Shown here: one piece after another, positions 1 to 12,214 of the stretch
How positions within the stretch are numbered: position 1 is the stretch's first letter
Layout of the letters: every line of letters starts with the position of its first letter
DNA from: the human T2T-CHM13v2.0 reference genome, Homo sapiens
Assembly (NCBI RefSeq): GCF_009914755.1
Contig: NC_060930.1
Strand: one strand, 5' to 3'
DNA length: 64,000 bases
Program-made: the position numbers and the translations under genes
Notes under the pieces: model-generated
Seen by the model: only the letters and a program-made list of their open reading frames with translations
The model's database searches: none
Told to the model about the DNA's origin: nothing

Positions 1-869
1 ATATTTCTCTTCCCCTGTGTATCAGTTTATTCTTTCTTTGATGTGCTTATGAGATCACTACATTGATTTAAGTAATAATAATAAATTTTTGGCAGAGCCC
101 TTCATTAGTCATAAGAAAAAAAGAGTGATGATAATATAAAAGAAAGAGAAGACACAGCTCCTATCCTTGAGAAATCTAACATCTAATGAATCTGAAAAGT
201 AATATCACTTAGAACAATATAATGAAAACTAAAAATGATTAATTATAAACTGAGGTCTACAGATATTGAAATGGAAAGATTTAAGCAAATTATGATCAAA
301 CAGGGAAGACTAAACAGTGGAGATAAATTTGGTTAACATACTTTTAGGGATTAGTGTTTATATAGATTCTTGGCAGAGACAACTTTATGTATGGAGCCCA
401 CTGAAATAATTAAAAACATCTAACTAAAGTCATTATTTGTACTATTATGATCAATGTTCTTTCTTACTGTGAATAAAGAAATGGTAAATTTCCTGAGCCC
501 TATGTTAATTCATGAACAACCAATAAAATCAATTTTATGATTTACTAGAAATATCTCCAAAGTTTTAATTTCAACTATCGCTGTTACTTTAGGGTAAGTG
601 TCAAAGACAAGTCATGTTAACACACAGATTAGTTGTAGGATGAGACTCACTGAAATAGCTCTTAGGAAACTGGGTCTTAGACAATTTAGTTTTCAACAAA
701 TTGGCCTATTCCCCTTCAAAGTCCCATACAATGGAGAGTTATGCTGCCAATATGGCCATGAAAGCTCCTTAGAGGAATAAAATGCAAAATAAATAAAACA
801 AAAACTAAACATCCTAGAGAATGATTAAAAGCAAGCATATTTGTGAGTGGAATCAAAGATAGAAAAAAG

Positions 870-2662
870 GGATAGAGAACTAGGTGGGGTTTTTTTTCCT
901 GATATCTGTATCTTTGGTACAGTTCTTATTCATAACCTAAATTGTTTTCCTGATTTCTTTGTATAATTTTTAAATACTGTCTGGTATCTCACTGAGCTGT
1001 TTTAGTAACAAAATTTTGAATACTCTGCCTGGGATTGTTGACATTTCTTTTTTATTGGGATCTGTTGCTGGAGAATTATTGTGTCCTTATGTTGATATCT
1101 GCATATCTAGTATAACAGTTACTTTTTTAAATTTTTTGAATTTGCTCTCATGGGGAGGACTTTTTCCAGAAGATGTATCTAAGGTGTAGTTTGGGTAGGG
1201 TTCTCTGGTTTTGATTCTGGGTGTGTACAATAGTGCAGTCTCTGTATGATTTCTTCATCTGTAAACAGTGTCAGTGGTGTCTGTGATTTCTTTGGTGGCT
1301 TAGGATATGGTTGTTAGTGGAGGCTGTGCTGAAGTCTTGCTAAGAACTGAGATGCCAGTTGGGCCAGTCTTCGGCTTCCATTGGTAGAATCAGTGGGATG
1401 AGCATGTGTGTCCTTGGGCCCCAGGGCAGCATACACTGGCACCAATGTTAGCGGGTTTAGGCAAGACAGTTCTTGTGCTTCCAAGTGGCTTGCTTGGCTT
1501 CTGGGAATGGCATCAGTAGTTCAGGTATGAAGTTGAATTCTTGAGCCCTTTGGCAGTGGATGTGGTGTGGGTGATGGCAGTAGCAGTGGTGGGACAGCCC
1601 TCTGGGACCCGTGTAGTCCATGCTGATATTGGCAATGGCTGTGACAGGTTGGGCAGGTCAGTTCCCAGATCCACAGGAGGCACATGAGTGTGGATGTCAG
1701 CTGTGGTGCCAGGGGAAGGTTGAGTGGGGCTGACCTCAGATCCCAGGAGGGGTGCTGAGGAGCTACCAGTGATGGACTGGGCTAAGTGACCCTCGGGCCC
1801 CTGTACGGTGTGCTCAGATTCTGTGGGTGGGTGAAGCCAGGCTGAGTAGACCTTCCCATGGGCTCCTTGGTGGTGTATGAGGCACTGGCTATGGTAGGCA
1901 GGGGCAGGGGGATCCCCAGGCCACAGATGGAATGCTCAGATAGGGGTGGTAGTGGCTGTTTTGTGGTCATGGACTGGGGAGGACTGGGTTGCTTTTCCTG
2001 GGAACAACCATAGGCAAGAAACTGGGGAGGCATGGGCTTTGCTCATGCCTCTGCCCCACAGTAGTTCATCATGGCAGCAGTTGCAGGCAGTGAAATTTGT
2101 CCTCAGGGCAAGTAAAAATGTGTAGTTGTCCCTCTGGTCGGGGTAACGGGAGGTGGGATTACTCCCTAGGGCTCTTGCCTCGGTCTCAGAAGCAGAGTAA
2201 GATGCAGTGCGTTGGGATCTGTGCTGTCAAAATGGTGCCGTGCTGCAGTTAGTTAGGACTTAGGGTTCGTGGGACCCAGTGTGAGGTTCTTTCTTGGGTA
2301 GCGCCTTCACGTGGTCTCCAGGCAGCTCCCTATGTTAGTCTCAGGGGCTACGATGGTTGAGGGGATCTCCTGTGGCTAGAATTGTAGGTATCTGTGGTGA
2401 AATGTGGGCTGCTGGGAGTCTGCCCCTTTCCCTTTTCCCACATTGGAGAGCCGCTCGAGACTCATATCCGATCTTGGTTGAACAGGCGGTCTCATTTCCT
2501 TCTCCTTTGCTTTTGGTGCTTCCTGGTCACTTCTCTGCTGACTTTCGGTGTTCTCTCTTAGATGATCTATTCAACGTGTGATTATTGACTGGTTATTTTG
2601 GTTACTTTACATGGAAGGGCCAAGTACCAGATGTATCAAGTCAGCCATGTTGGAGCCTCTCC
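870..2662 (-). mobile_element. Old L1 (L1PB/L1M-type) 5' UTR and start of ORF1, antisense
   Basis: Reverse complement near 2660 reads GGAGAGGCTCCAACATGGCTGAC, an L1 5'-end type sequence; a GC-richer UTR grades into degraded ORF1-like sequence toward 900. Confidence 0.6.
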
Positions 2663-2775
2663 AGCTCCATTCAAGGGGCCTGTTTTGAGTTGGCCCTAGG
2701 CCTTTCCCCGTAAGCAAACTTTCTATAACATTGAAATTACTTGGGAAAAAAAGCTGTCAAAAGACTTTGAGGGTG

Positions 2776-3121
<346 letters not shown>

Positions 3122-3499
3122 TAACTTATGAGATATTAAGACCTACAATAACATCATATTACTTAAATTACAGCTTATTCAATGGAAAAAATAGTCAGTG
3201 GAGAAACAAACCATGTATTGAGGGGAACTTGGAATAGTATAAAGATGGCCTCACAAATCGATGAAGAAGGAATGGTTAGTCTGTCTACATAGAGACAACC
3301 AGAACCAAGACTAGCTGATTATCTCACAGGATATGTAAATATAACCTCTAGAAGACTAGAGTCCTAAATGACAAATATAAAACTCTAAATCTAATTAACA
3401 GAACCAGTTACATAATCTTTAAGTTTCAATGCAAGATAAAAAATGATAAAATTGAAGTGGGGGACATTTTGAAAAAATGGAAATTACATTGCAGTGATC

Positions 3500-3720
3500 C
3501 CTAAAACTAAAGAGCCTTATTTTGAATCCTAGTTTCACAATCCATTGCAAGGAAAAGGAAACTTTACTTAAATCCTTTGAGCCTTGGTTTTCTTGTAGTA
3601 AAGGAATAATTTTAATACTTTTACATTGGGTTTTTGTGAGAATTAAATGAGCTAATATATGTGAAGAACTCAGAACAATAACTTATACACAATGAGCATG
3701 CAATAAATGTTATTTATTTA
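3500..3720 (+). mobile_element. MIR SINE (paralogous copy at ~19510-19740)
   Basis: MIR core TTTGAGCCTTGGTTTTCTT...TTGTGAGAATTAAATGAGCTAATATATGTGAAG. Confidence 0.75.
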
Positions 3721-3759
3721 TAATATATTAGCAGTATATAAAATAAGGAATTATTTGTA

Positions 3760-3950
3760 TGTGGAATGGCTCATACCTATAATCCCAACATTTTGGGGGG
3801 ATGATATTGGTGGATTGCTTGAGACCAGGAATTAGAGGCTGCAGTGAGTTATGATTGCATCACTGCACTCCAGCCTGGATGACAGAGCAAGACTCTGACT
3901 CAAAACAAGAAAAAAAATTAAAGATTTAAAAAAAAAAACAAAATTAAAAA
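3760..3950 (+). mobile_element. Alu monomer (FLAM/FRAM-type)
   Basis: Single arm GGCTCATACCTATAATCCCAAC...GAGGCTGCAGTGAG...CACTGCACTCCAGCCTGG followed by an A-rich tail. Confidence 0.85.
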
Positions 3951-4439
3951 ATTAAAATAAGATATTATTGTGATAAATATATATAATAAACTTTTGCCAA
4001 GCAACAAAAATGGAAACTCAATAGAAAGATGGAAAAAATACATCATAGTTACAACTGTTAGTAGAATCCTTGGATTGATGGAAGGTCACGCATAGATACC
4101 CTGGTGTAATTCAGACAGAATTTTCTTATCTAAAAATTAGCAAAAAGTAATGCTACACATTGGTAAGACCAAAATCCTTATCCCAAACAGAGAAAAATGT
4201 GAGCTTTTGGACCCCAAAATTAATTATTTAAAATAATTTAGTATTATTAGCAACAGTGAAGAGTAAGATGTAGAAGGTACAAAAGCAATACTATTTCTCT
4301 TTATGTCTCTTTCTTTGGTTTTCATAGAACCACAGTAGAATATTAAAGATAATCATCTTTCTGTACTGATCAATGGAATGTGAGTGACCATATTTATTAA
4401 TTTTTATTGCCAATTTTCTTTCACTTTATATACCAAAAT

Positions 4440-5017
4440 ATTTTCCAAGGGAGCCCTCAAGAAGAGAAAGTGAATCTGAACCTCTACCATAGGAAATGAA
4501 AGGAAATTTGACTAGGAAAAAGTATTTTAAATAAACAAATAAATATTTTAAAAAACAGTATTGTGAAAGGTCAAATAAAATATTGGGTTACTATTTTAAA
4601 GAAAAAATCCAGCAAATATATTAAGCTATTGAAAACTGTCTTGTCCATGGTTATGAAACCAAGGAACAAACATATTAAGAAAAAAAGATAAGAAGAACGA
4701 CAACAACAGAAAAGTGGAATTCTACAGAGAAATTCCATATGGCTATCTCCTTATGCTGCAGGTGCAGAGAGACCTCCTGTTTATTCTCACGACAATCCTT
4801 CTCAGCACCCAGGGGACAGTTTCTCTCAGGTTTTTATGTCTAGAGATCTGCAGCTCATTGGAAGGCAGGCAGATTTTCAGAGAGGAAAAGATTTTTGAAG
4901 ATAATTTATGCTGCAATCCCAACATCAACCATCACTTCAAATATTTTTCTATTTATAATCACTGGGAGTATAAATCTGAAAAGCTCTTTTACCTGTGATT
5001 CTGAACTCTCAATCCGG
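4440..5017 (+). promoter_or_regulatory. Candidate OR12D2 promoter and non-coding exon 1
   Basis: O/E(EBF)-like sites TTCCAAGGGA (4443-4452) and ACCCAGGGGA (4807-4816); donor CGG|GTGAGA at 5018, conserved in the OR12D1 copy; acceptor TTTTGTCTTTTGTCTGAAG ends 2 nt before the ATG. Confidence 0.5.
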
Positions 5018-7346
5018 GTGAGAGAATAGAATAGGAGACAGGTTGGGAAGCTGCTCGTATTTTTTATCTGTTAATGAGTGACCTGACTGCTTGCGAGTAT
5101 TAAAGTTAGATGCCCAGGATTTAGAGCTGGTTTCCTATTTTTATGATGGAGTCTTCATTGTAGTTGTAGATTATGAAAGCATTTTGTTTTCCGCACTTTT
5201 ATTGCCATATCTCCTTCTCTATTCAACATGCCTGGCTCTCTAGATATTCGCTAAAGCAAATCTGAAATCCCTAAATATTGAAATTGCAGTGAAAGAAATA
5301 TTTTCATACAGAGAAGTTGGCTAAACAACATTCTTTAAACGTTAGGAAAATGTTGTTTTATTATTTATTATTTTTTAAATTTTCTTTTTACCAAATAGAT
5401 TTTTGATACAATTTTATTTTATGGGTCAGAGAACCAAAAATAATATTTTATCTATCATTTGTACTTTTAAAAGACATGGTAAAAGTTTTGAAAAATATGC
5501 AACATACATGGCTATCAAAGAAAGCTACTTTAAATTGTTTGGAGGCAGTCCTTCATGGAGGTGTGGTAAAGGTTAGATAATCTCTCAAAATTTCCTCTAG
5601 CTGTAAAGCCAAATATCCTATGGGCTCCCTAGAGATGTTTCCTAGTTCATTATTTTTTTTAACTTTAGTCACACCAAATCCTTTTCTTCTCTCATCAGCA
5701 ATTTTTCAGCCTCGAATTATTCCCCATTTATAGGAAACACTCTAATGTCTGCATCTTTCTTCTGATTTTCTATTGGTTCTTATTCTTTTCTAAGTGCCTG
5801 CCATTTCTATGGATTTCCCACACATTCTTGCTTCTTTTCTCCTAATATGCAAAAGTTAATCCACTACATTTGTACAAGAAAGGAACAAACAGGAAGCTAT
5901 TTCACAAAATTATGTTTGCTTTTGTCAGTGCACCTATAGAAGATAATCCCAAGTACTTTGCAAATAATGTTAGAAAAAACCTTCAAAATATATTTCTGCC
6001 TTTCAGTAAACAGTATAAATTTAGTCAAATATTAAACCTCATTATAATTATCTTACTTATAATCCCTCATGTGTTTTAACAGTTACTGAAAAAATTCTAT
6101 TATTTCAATTCTGCAAAAGAAAGAAAAATGAATACATTTCTTTCATAGAAAATGGAAATTTTATCTGATGGAAAGAAGGGGCAAATAGAGAAAACACATT
6201 TTACAAATGAAAAAGGCTAGAAATGTGTGGCAACTTTGGAGAGAACTGGTATGAAGCCAACAGACCTCTGGGTTGATGGAGGAGAACCTGACTGTCAGTG
6301 TCACATTGATGAAACTAGAAGAAAAGAGAAAATTCACTTGGATACAATGTTTCTTCACATCTAAAAAGTGAGCTTATTTCAGGCAAAATAAAAATAAGAC
6401 TTAAGAAAATGCATCACAAGAGAAGACAGAACTTTCAGTGGTCTAAATTCTTAGATACTTTAGAAGAAGACACTATTGGGTAAAATGAAGGAAGAATTGT
6501 TGAGTCTATTGGAAGAGTTTTTCTTATTCAGAGATTCAGGGGTGTGAAAAAGGAAAAAGTCTCAGTGCAACTGGAAACTAAAGGAACAATAACATTTGTC
6601 ATCAAGTAAGTAATTTGGGATTTACTTTGAAAAAATTTAAAGGCTTAGGTAGAAGAAACTAAGCACATTATCTGATATAGCAGTGATAAAACTTCAAATA
6701 TACCTCAGGTTAATATTTGATTGATGTATTATTTTTTCCTTTCCCAGTAGAGCTCCATGACATTGCCAGAGATGTGGGTTAGAAAGAGATCAGTAAGAGA
6801 ACATCTCCAGCCTCATCTACATTCTAAGATGAGAACAAAATAATTACTACTATTTTAAAGAGGTTTTTATATCTCTTTAAAGACTTTGTGATTATAATGA
6901 GTTCATTTTTATCTTCCTCTCTTAAGTCAAAAAATTTCAGGAGCCATTTTCCTGGGTCAAGAGATATCCAAGTGGTGGTGCACTTAAAAATTGCCCCCTA
7001 TTAACGCTGACTTGGGGTAGGAAAGGAAAGTTGTAACAGAATACGGATGTATTCTTCTCAACCAGAGAAGATGTAAGTTAGCAACATGTTCTAAATCCCC
7101 AGAAGAAAGAAATACGTTAATGATAAACTTAATTTTAAAAAGTGGTTAAGTCATAGTCCATAATATGCATGAATCCTTAATATTGAAGAGACCAGCAGCT
7201 AAGCTTCTATACAACTTCTGAGGTTTGGAAGAAGTACAACAGTACTCTCCTTCCAAGTATCTTTGGCTTGGTGAGAAAATTCTGAGCCGGAAGGATTCTG
7301 ATTGCGATTAGTGTTCCATAGATTATTTTGTCTTTTGTCTGAAGTG

Positions 7347-8270
7347 ATGCTGAATACAACCTCAGTCACCGAATTTCTCCTCTTGGGAGTGACAGACATT
7401 CAAGAACTGCAGCCTTTTCTCTTCGTGGTTTTCCTCACCATCTACTTCATCAGTGTGACTGGGAATGGAGCCGTTCTGATGATTTTCATCTCCGATCCTA
7501 GACTCCATTCCCCTATGTATTTCTTCCTGGGAAACCTGTCCTACCTGGATATCTGTTACTCTACGGTGACACTGCCAAAAATGCTGCAGAACTTTCTCTC
7601 TACACACAAAGCAATTTCTTTCTTGGGATGCATAAGCCAGCTTCATTTCTTCCACTTCCTGGGCAGCACGGAGTCCATGTTGTTGGCCGTGATGGCATTT
7701 GACCGCTCTGTGGCTATCTGCAAGCCACTTCGCTACACTGTCATCATGAACCCTCAGCTCTGTACCCAGATGGCCATCACAATCTGGGTCATTGGTTTTT
7801 TCCATGCCCTGCTGCACTCCATAATGACTTCTCGCTTGAACTTCTGTGGTTCCAACCGTATCCATCATTTTCTCTGTGATATTAAGCCATTGCTAAAGCT
7901 GGCCTGTGGGAACACTGAGCTTAATCAGTGGCTACTCAGTACTGTCACGGGGACAATTGCCATGGGCCCCTTCTTTCTGACACTTCTCTCCTATTTCTAC
8001 ATTATCACTTATCTCTTCTTCAAGACCCGTTCTTGTAGCATGCTCTGTAAAGCACTGTCCACTTGTGCCTCCCACTTCATGGTAGTTATTCTTTTCTATG
8101 CACCTGTTCTCTTCACCTATATCCATCCTGCGTTAGAGAGCTTCATGGACCAGGACCGGATTGTTGCCATCATGTACACTGTGGTCACTCCTGTACTAAA
8201 CCCACTGATCTATACTTTGAGGAACAAGGAAGTGAAGGGGGCCTTGGGTAGAGTGATCAGAAGGCTTTGA
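7347..8270 (+). CDS. OR12D2: Olfactory receptor 12D2, 307 aa, intact
   Basis: Single-exon 7TM ORF MLNTTSVTEFLLLG... with OR motifs LHSPMYFFLGNLS, MAFDRSVAICKPLRY, KALSTCASH, PVLNPLIYTLRN. The true start is ATG 7347; the track ORF starts at an upstream non-ATG codon. Confidence 0.95.
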   Translation: MLNTTSVTEFLLLGVTDIQELQPFLFVVFLTIYFISVTGNGAVLMIFISDPRLHSPMYFFLGNLSYLDICYSTVTLPKMLQNFLSTHKAISFLGCISQLHFFHFLGSTESMLLAVMAFDRSVAICKPLRYTVIMNPQLCTQMAITIWVIGFFHALLHSIMTSRLNFCGSNRIHHFLCDIKPLLKLACGNTELNQWLLSTVTGTIAMGPFFLTLLSYFYIITYLFFKTRSCSMLCKALSTCASHFMVVILFYAPVLFTYIHPALESFMDQDRIVAIMYTVVTPVLNPLIYTLRNKEVKGALGRVIRRL

Positions 8271-8789
8271 TTTGAATAAACCAGAGAACTCTTCTGAGGC
8301 ATAAATAACCAGCAATGAAAAAGTAGAGATGTGTAATTTTACTGCTTCTCAGATGGTTTATAAGTGTAAAATAGAGGCAACTGGATAAAAGAAAAAAAAG
8401 TCCAATCTAGTTGTAGTAAACAATACATTTCTAAGTAATATGAGGAATACTTGAAAATGCAAGACACTAGCCATGGAACCCTAATGCTGAAAATTTTTTG
8501 GAATATCAGTTGATATAATTGACTTATTATGTATTCTAACATGTACTTGTATGCAATTGCATGTAGAATTTTGCCTATATTGCCCATGTATTGTATAGAT
8601 AGATGATATTTAGGACTGTTTGTCTGTGAGATCCTTTTAGTTTAACACATTTTAGTCTGATCAATAAAATTATTATGCTTTTTTATTTTAAGGATTGTCA
8701 TGTAGGGCTATGTTTATTCAATTGGAAAAGTAAATGCTAACTTGCATATTATTTAAATAAATTTTAAAGAGGTATGTCATGATTTCTTT

Positions 8790-9430
8790 TCAGTTCGGTT
8801 GGTTTTTGTTCTTTTAATGGTGATTCAAAATGCAAAAGACATAAAAAGATGTCAAATGTTTCTCCCCATCTCTGCCCTCCGTCACTGACTTACTCTTCAT
8901 ATACAATCAATGTAATCAGTTGTTATCTGTCCTCACAGAGATCCTTTATGCTACACAGTCAAATACAAATATTTTCTTTAAAAAAGAATGGCAATGAACA
9001 ATACATGTTATATGAGCAAACCAATGTTGAGGGCAATGTGTATCTTGGAGATCTTTCCCTATTAGAACATAGAGCTTCTTTATTTTTTTAACATGCATGG
9101 TATATGCCACTTTGTTCATGTATTATATTTGATATATCAGTCTCCTATCATTGGACATCTATGTTATTTCCAATCATATGTTGCAGTGTATAATCTTGTG
9201 TACACGTCATTCTATATATGTGCAAGTCTATTTGTAGGACAAACTTTCAGACATGGAAATGTTAGGTCAAGAGATATCGTTATTGTAATTCAGATAGATA
9301 CTGCCAAATTGCCCTCCCCAGAGGTTATAAAAAATTTCATCACCACTTGCAATGTAAAAGTGTTTAGATTTTACACTACATTGAATATGAATAATGCCAA
9401 TGACTTATTTTGTAGATGCTTCCCTGAAAA
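8790..9430 (-). mobile_element. Ancient L1 (L1ME-like) 3' remnant
   Basis: Typical antisense L1M 3' segments (TTGGACATCTATGTTATTTCCAATC; GATACTGCCAAATTGCCCTCC). Confidence 0.55.
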
Positions 9431-10869
9431 TATTCTACTTTTACAGCCTGGTTATGTAAAAAATGACATCCTAAAGACACTTTCCATAACATGGAAGTCT
9501 GCATAATTCTGCCATTGTTATAGAAAGTTTTCAGACTATTTGAAGCCCAAGCAAGATGGCAACTGGGAGAAAGGAAAAGCTAAGATTACAGCAATTCTTG
9601 TCATTGTTAGCTGGCACACAGGCAACATGAAGTGTTTTCCCCTACTTCAGCATAAAATACTTAAAACTTTCCTCTTACTACACCAACAGTTATTCATGTG
9701 AAAAATTAATCAATTGTGTTGTTTATTATTTTAATCAAAAAAAGCTCTACAGGTGTTAGATTTATGAAAGTCCTGCACAAAATAAAGGAAAGGTGCCCTA
9801 AAAGACCCACCGTTTAACTAAAGAAAATGAATCTCACACAGAGGACATGCTGCAGAGAGAATGAGCTACTGAAACACACTAGAATGTTTCATTTCTTTTA
9901 TGACACAAAAAGAATAGGAAAGAGTGGAAAAAGGGAACAAACTTTTACTAAAAGTTGACAATTTTATTTTTACATTTTATAATACAAATGAAAAATGCTT
10001 TTTACTTGGTCCAGAGAGGCTAATAAGTAATTAAATTGAATGACATTGCAACCACTAATTAAGAGAGAAAACAACCAATTGTTCAGCTAAGAGTTCTGGT
10101 ACCTATATCTTCAGAGATGTTTTAGAAGTCAACTGGCCAGACTTCAAGGATTACTATGAAATACCATTAAAAGTGGAGCTAGGTAAAACAAACAAACAAA
10201 CAAAAAACACCTCAAGAATCACTTTGTATCTCATTAGAGTGTTATAACCACTCGTATCTCTCCACCCTGGGTCATGAAAGATGATGACTTTAAACACTCT
10301 ATTATTTTGGTTTCGTTTTCCTTTATCTGTCCTTATTTTGACAGACTGTAATGCATGTAATATGATGTAATACAGGTGAAATACAAAAAATTCATGAAAA
10401 TGTATTTTTCTTTTCCTTTGGTACCAAACTCATACTAAGTGAAAACAATGAAATCATAATTGTGGAAGTATTTCTGGAGCTAATAGACAAGAATAGGTAT
10501 GATGTTTCTTAGTTTCTAAGTACTTAGAAATGGATTCTGGCTCTGAAAAGATGTGGTATGCCAACATTTGTAACTATTTAGAGATACAAATAGACAAGAC
10601 TATGGAAGCTATGTTGAGCGGGTGGGCTGACTATTCAAAACCTCTGCCTTCACTTTTGCAAACCCAAACGATCTGACCTCTCTCTGGTACTTCTTCTATC
10701 TTCCAAGTCAACCTTCTTTGGTCCTTCAGTTCCAGTTTTGTTGATGAGACAATGCCTGTGTGGAGAAGACACTATCCACCTGAACTATCTCAGACTATCA
10801 CTTCTGTTGCTCAGAGTTTATTGCATAATCCCATCTACATGGAAGCTGTGAACTGTAGGAAAACACATG

Positions 10870-11016
10870 GGTTCTAGTTATCTACTGCTGTATAACAAAT
10901 AGTAGCCTAAATCTAAATGGCTTAATTTATTTAATCAAATCCCAGGATTCTGTGGGTCAGAAATTGGGGAGGGCACAGCAGGAAAGGGTTGACTATGCTC
11001 AGTAATATCTGGATCT

Positions 11017-11066
<50 letters not shown>

Positions 11067-11660
11067 CAGTTTCTCAGTTGACTGTCATGTGCTTCTTTAA
11101 CAGGGAAGCCTCGGGACAGACTTTTTCATGGGGGACAGCAAACCAAGACAAAAACTGTTAGTTGTCTCAAAGACAAAAACCAAGAACCAGCATTAACATA
11201 ACTTCTATCATACTCTATTGGCCAAAGAAATCGCAGGCCAACTGAGCTTCTGTAACCTTCAATGGAAAGAGTGTCAAAAATTGTGTGGACATCCTTAATC
11301 TACCACAGTCCCATATCTAACCACTAATAATTCATGTTGTTCCCATATGCAAGGTACACTTACTCCTCTTCCTAATAATCTTAAAATCTCATCCCTTTAT
11401 AGCATCAGCTCAAAGTCTAGGTTTTTAAAATCCAAATCATGGCAAAGTGCAAATGGGGCATATTTAGTATGATTCCTCAAGAATGGTTCCTTTTGACCTG
11501 AAGACCTTTGAACTTGAAGAAGTCAGGTTATCTTCCCGTCACACACTCAGCACATAATGATAAAGTAGATATAAGATGACAGTAATAGAAAATGTTACTC
11601 CAAAAGAGAAAAAATGGGAGGCACATAACAGTTACATAGCAATTGTGAAACCCATTTGGG
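10870..11660 (-). mobile_element. MLT1 (MaLR) LTR/internal remnant; paralogous copy at ~30170-30490
   Basis: TAGTTATCTACTGCTGTATAACAAAT...TTCTGTGGGTCAGAAATT is a typical MLT1 terminus. Confidence 0.55.
11022..11067. repeat. (CT)n microsatellite
   Basis: About 23 CT units with one interruption. Confidence 0.95.
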
Positions 11661-11731
11661 GACATTTTTCTCACTCCGTCCTCTAGAGTCTAAGATGATG
11701 CAATTGAAACTGATGATACCAATAAAATTCT

Positions 11732-12060
11732 CTCTCTTCTTCTTCTTCTTCTTTTTTTTTTTTTTTTTTTTTAACACGGATCTCACTCTGTCACCCAGAC
11801 TGGAGTACAGTGGGACGGTGCAATCTCGGCTCACTGCAACCTCCACCTCCCAGGTTCAAGTGATTCTCTCAACTGAGCCTCCCAAGTAGTTGGGATTACA
11901 AGCATGTGCCACCATGCCCGGCTAAATTTTGTACTTTTAATAGAGACAGGGTTTCCACCGTGTTGCGCAGGCTGGTCTCAAACCCCTGATTTCATGTGAT
12001 CCACCCACATGAGCCTCCCAAAGTGCTGGGATTACAGATCTGAGTCACTGTGCCTGGCCC
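11732..12060 (-). mobile_element. AluS with 14-bp TSD ACCAATAAAATTCT
   Basis: Full dimer with T/CTT tail; TSD at 11718-11731 and 12061-12074. Confidence 0.95.
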
Positions 12061-12214
12061 ACCAATAAAATTCTTTTTAAAATATTTTAGGTTCTTAGGA
12101 TTCTTATTTGGGTTTAGTCAATTAGATAAGTACCAAACTCATACATCTCCTTAGGACAGGCCTTTCTCTGACTTGGGCTGACAATTACTGTACTGTGAGA
12201 CAACACCCTTGAGA

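Noticed and set aside
7302-7346. N-terminal extensions of OR12D2, OR12D1 and OR10C1 in the ORF track
   Set aside because: They begin at TTG/GTG codons and run through intronic pyrimidine tracts and splice acceptors.
7362-7868. Long antisense ORFs over OR genes (also 27953-28408, 37563-38474, 51061-51400)
   Set aside because: Shadow ORFs produced by OR codon bias; no independent coding motifs.
9093-9506. 137-aa ORF downstream of OR12D2
   Set aside because: Lies in an antisense ancient L1 remnant; no recognisable domain.
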